Of a DNA stretch of 64,000 bases, positions 63,074 to 64,000 are shown in pieces. Source of the DNA: Octopus vulgaris (Eukaryota). The translations under genes and the position numbers were made by a program. The DNA is taken from assembly GCA_951406725.2 (NCBI GenBank), contig OX597823.1, forward strand, positions 2,356,001 to 2,420,000, in the 5' to 3' direction. Each line of letters opens with the position of its first letter. Positions within the stretch are counted from its first letter, which is position 1. Under the pieces are notes generated by a model that saw only the letters and a list, made by a program, of their open reading frames with translations, was not told the origin of the DNA and did no database searches.

Positions 63074-64000
63074 TAATCCTATAGAGTCGGAAATTACACA
63101 CACACACACTACATATTTGTACATACACGCTACGCATGTGTATATAAACATATATACTCACAGGTCCCCACACCTAATTGACTAATGCAACCAGTTTAAT
63201 ATTAATACACAATTTCATTATATATTTATGCAGTGTAATGAAGCCTTAGGTTTTCATACATTTCCAAACAATCGAACGATACATAATAAACCCACTCAAA
63301 ATCCAGGACACACGGCCAGGTTAACAGATCATTCAGCAGCTGGGGGTGGCGAGAAACACAACTGTTGCACTTGGTAGAGCAATGCCTGTTCCATTCATAT
63401 GTGCGTGTGCATGTGTGCAACACACACATATATATATTATACACACACACACATATACACGTACACATACATAGATATTTACTGGATCTGAAGGGAAATA
63501 ATATAGAAACGTGGCCACCAGGATTCTGGGGCGAAGGAGTGAGAAGGGAGAAAAAGAAAGAAAGAGAAGTGAATGGAAACATCGTTAATTCACTGCAATA
63601 AATGGCTTTATTATAGCTGAATGAACATAGAGTTGCGTGTGTGTGTGTGTGTGAATGTGTGTGTGTGGGCGTGAGACGTGTGTTTGAAAGAGTTGTAAGT
63701 GGAAATAGGACATTGCGTGTGTCTTGTCGAATGAAGGATATAAATGCGTTGCGTCTGTGTGGGAGGAGGAGGAGGAGACGGTAGGAAAATGTTGAGGAAA
63801 TTCAACAACGTTGACAATCTTTGCTCAACTTTCCGTCCTCACTCGCACGGGGGAATAAAACTAGCCCCTCCGTATATTGAATATCAACAAAATCGTGTGT
63901 GTGTGTGTACAAAGTGTTGTAGCAGTCGCCCTCCCATAGAGCAAATGTAAAAAAAGAAATAATTATATATAAAATCAATTTACTGCTTATGACTAGGTCG

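Overview
Eukaryotic, AT-rich and repeat-dominated animal genomic DNA. The SINE/RTE repeat families resemble those I recall from octopus genomes; that is an inference, not a database result. The only convincing host gene is an intronless CD225/dispanin-family membrane-protein CDS (37182-37715, minus strand) with a splice acceptor just upstream. The rest is repetitive DNA: (TAA)/(TAG) microsatellite fields, a 22-bp satellite, CR1-type, RTE and R4/Dong-like LINE copies, a Penelope-like RT fragment, mariner remnants, a non-autonomous Helitron, piggyBac-like MITEs, a probable decayed Academ-like transposon and dozens of tRNA-derived SINEs. Most ORFs in the track are repeat artefacts. The most interesting signals are: (i) three unrelated families of short non-coding elements carrying minimal type-I hammerhead ribozyme motifs, two of them with Penelope-like inverted architecture and target-site duplications; one family has a tRNA-like head and another has boundaries at the predicted cleavage site; (ii) a 5S rRNA-RTE tail chimera and a U6-SINE junction; (iii) a 66-bp satellite that arose inside an RTE 3' UTR. 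All coordinates were read by eye and may be off by a few bases.
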